A stretch of 64,000 nucleotides of DNA, taken from positions 6,339,648 to 6,403,647 of the forward strand of contig NW_002060947.1 of assembly GCF_000150275.1 (NCBI RefSeq), read 5' to 3'. The stretch comes from Trichoplax adhaerens. Its lineage: Eukaryota; Animalia; Placozoa. The notes beneath the pieces are model-generated. The model made no database searches. It was not told the origin of the DNA and saw only the letters and a list, made by a program, of their open reading frames with translations. Position 1 is the stretch's first letter, and each line of letters starts with the position of its first letter. Shown in pieces: positions 55,088 through 64,000 of the stretch. The position numbers and the translations under genes were made by a program.

Positions 55088-56224
55088 TTATTTCTGCTTG
55101 GTAAGGTATTTTAAAGCTTTTACCCGCAAGCCAGATAATTGACTAAAGTACAATGAAATCTTTGCGGATCTCGGTAATAAATTGGTAATACATGCTTGTA
55201 ATTCATGAGGCCAATATCCATGAGTTCTATTTGCAATTCCTACAGTATTGAGTGCGCTAGTGGCGAAAGTATCAGCAGAAGGAGCAAAAAGAGACGACCG
55301 TCTTATTTTGCTCATATTAGAGCAAACAAAGGCAGGCAGTACAGATTGGATAATGATCCCTTTACTTTGATACTCCTTTTGAAATGCGAGGGTTACCGAG
55401 TCGACATAAGATTTACTTGCAGCATAGACAGCCAATAAAGGAGTCGGCGTTTCGGCAGATATCGATGCAATATTAATAATTGCACCCTTCTTTTTGGCCA
55501 CCATTTTAGGTAGAACGACTCGCGTCATTTCATTGATGGATACTATATTAACATTGACAATATTTTGAGTTACTTGCTTGTCTATGTCCAAGTAATATTC
55601 AGGATAGGCGCAACTGACACCAACATTATTAACGAGAACTCCAATATCCAAGTTAGCAATCTCTGCAAAGGGCAACATGCCAAGAAGTAAGCAAAGGCTT
55701 AGAATAGACGCATAATTTGAGATCGATATAATCTATTGGAGCTACAAATCTCTAACTAACATATCGTATTATAAAAATGGATCGTTATGCAAATTAGCCA
55801 TTTTTGAGTTACATCCTAGTCTCATAATACTACTTGTACACCTCATTGCATTGGTTAGAGGTATTGGGTTACCTGATTCAATTTGTGAATAGATATCGGA
55901 TAGCTTTGAAAAATCGATAGCAAGGATTTTAACATCAATCTTGTCATTGATTGCTTTAATTTCTTTCTCAACATCTTGCAATTTACTGTAATTTCTACTG
56001 ATTAGGTAGACGTTTAAGCCACGACGCGCTAACGCTTTGGCATAACCTTTACCAATACCATCTGTTGAGCCCGTTACAATGGCCCATTGACCTAATTTGC
56101 TTAAATTATATCGAAAGCCAGCTTTGGGAAGAACAAAGAGACGTAAAAAGCGTACAACTGCATAAAGAGCCTCTAATCCTAGAATGGCAGCAGCCACATA
56201 GCCCAAAATTAGGATCAAACCCAT
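55088..56224 (-). CDS. HSD17B12: Very-long-chain 3-oxoacyl-CoA reductase / 17-beta-HSD12-like SDR, copy B; exons 56224-55873, 55662-55088
   Basis: GQWAIVTGSTDGIGKGYA, VLVNNVG, catalytic YAASK, MSKIRRSSLFAPS and THGYWPH. The phase-1 intron is at the same position as in copy A. An acceptor-like TTTGTAG lies just before the ATG, suggesting a 5' UTR intron. Confidence 0.9.
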
Positions 56225-56539
56225 CTACAAAAGTAAATATATATATATTTATACAAAATAACCAAGTAACCTCGTTCAAAAGTCTGCTAACAACGTTCAT
56301 TTCTACTTGATTACTATCTGATAAGATCACTTCTTCAAGCCATTAAGCTTATGATTATCTTGATAAGAACAGTAGAATAATCATCGATCTCCTCTTAGCT
56401 TGTTGATCTTTTCTAGGCTACTTACTGTTGATAAATACCTTGTAATTAACCAATCTGTTTGGTGAGGATGCAGGCGATCGTCTTCTCCAGGCAAGCAATG
56501 GAAGCACCAGCTAGTGAAAAGCGCACATGCACAGTACGC

Positions 56540-57300
56540 GTAATAAAGTATAGTACAGTACTGTAGAGTACAATACGGTACACAGGCTTACGGTGGCCCA
56601 GAAGGCTCAGACGTACAGTCATTTTACGCTTAGGTCCCTGTCAAACAAGGAGGGGAATACGCAAGATGTCATACAGAGCACAGTAAAAAGCTACGCATGC
56701 GTACAGTACTTTTACGCTCTGGTCACTGTCAAACAAGGAAGGAAATACGCACGATGTCATACGGAGCACAGTAACAAGCTACACATGCATACAGTACAGT
56801 ACTTTAACGCTCAGGTCCCTGTCAAACAATGAGTCCTGAGCGTAAAGTACTGTACTGTACTGTACTGTAGAGCACGGCTCTGGTTCTCAGCCAATACTGT
56901 ACTGTACAGCAATAAGTATCGTAACATTACGCATGCGTAGAGGCAGCATGTTATTTATTGTACAGTGTACAGTACTGTAGAGCACCGCTTTGGTTCTCAG
57001 CCAATACAGTACAGTACTGTAACTGTACACTAGTGTACAGTACAGTACAGTACAGCAATAATTCTGATAAAATCACGCATGCGTAGAGTCAGCATCTTCT
57101 ACATTGTACAGTACGGCTTTGGTTCTCAGCCAATACAGTACTGTACAGCAATAAGTATCACAACATCACGCATGCGTAGAGCCAGCATCTTGTACTGTAC
57201 ATTGTACTGTACTGTACAGTACTATACAGTACAGCCAATACAGTACTGTACACTAGTACTGTACAGCAATAAGTATGGTAACATCACGCATGTGTATAAC
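56540..57300. repeat. Compound repeat: unit A (about 89 bp, about 2.5 copies), an inverted repeat, and unit B (4 copies) with (TACAG)n/(TACTG)n tracts; candidate bidirectional promoter
   Basis: Unit A at 56612, 56701 and 56795 (partial). Inverted arms at 56790-56815 and 56835-56859. Unit B is (ggttct)cagccaatac...cagcaataagtat...acgcatgcgtagag, with CCAAT at 56891, 57001, 57130 and 57235. Confidence 0.85.
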
Positions 57301-57977
57301 CAGGAGAAGCATTATTGCAACGCGCATGTGCACAAACGGCAGGATCGTGTCATACATACTGTGCATGCGCTTTGCCAACCTCACAATTTAAAAAAAGAGA
57401 GGCAGATTTAAAATCTGGAGGCCAAAATGACTATCTCCATTTTCTGTACTTCCGTCGCTTGGAAAAATAGTTTGCCTTGTCTATCTTGGTAGACTGTGTG
57501 TTGAGTATTATTTTTTCACCTTGTTGTAGACGTAGTATTCAAATCCACTCGATATCATCATTTTGAGTCATAACCAGTGTAGACAGTCTCGCTTTCGAGT
57601 TTCGACTATGGTCATCGGTCAAGCCTTGTCGATCGTAAGCAATGGAGCATCCTTGCTTGTCGCTTTCTGGAATTGAAGCATTATAGTAGTAAGTATTATT
57701 GACATTGATTAATTGACATAAAGTTTCTTCTCAAGACTGCCAATATTACTTCTATAGTACGTAAATTACCATCAGAGGATTGACCATTCATTAGTTATTT
57801 CACTGTGATTGAAATTTTGGTTGTTGACTTCACACTTAGCAAGGGATATCATGGCTGCTCGCGTCTTAGAGTCACGATAGCTTGCAATCATTTTGCCTTG
57901 CCTTACCATCATTGAGGGATTATATCAAAAGGATAATGATATCTTGGCGTGATACAATTTTTTAATCGATTTTAGTA

Positions 57978-64000
<6,023 letters not shown>

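Noticed and set aside
56593-57411. 79-aa and 110-aa ORFs rich in Y/C/T/V
   Set aside because: These are translations of the TACAG/TACTG repeats with no protein-like motifs.

Overview
AT-rich eukaryotic genomic DNA with short spliceosomal introns. The gene content is metazoan-like; a placozoan (Trichoplax-type) origin is my inference from composition and gene structure, not something proven here. Eight genes can be reconstructed exon by exon: COQ2 (+, 5 exons); a fungal-type HIS2/PHP histidinol-phosphatase homologue (-, 3 exons) that has lost most metal ligands; an intronless class A GPCR (+); pirin (+, 10 exons); a MICU2/3-type EF-hand protein (-, 13 exons) with a clear U12-type AT-AC intron; two tandem HSD17B12-like SDRs (-, 2 exons each); and the 5' part of POLQ (+, runs off the window). 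The gene-poor stretches (1-9.5 kb, 18.5-42.5 kb) hold many local degenerate tandem duplications, probable decayed GPCR and LRR gene relics, and a 50-N assembly gap. The most notable items are the intact but catalytically degenerate HIS2-like pseudo-enzyme, the AT-AC minor intron, a signal-peptide-like in-frame extension of pirin, and a repeat-built divergent intergenic region between HSD17B12 and POLQ.
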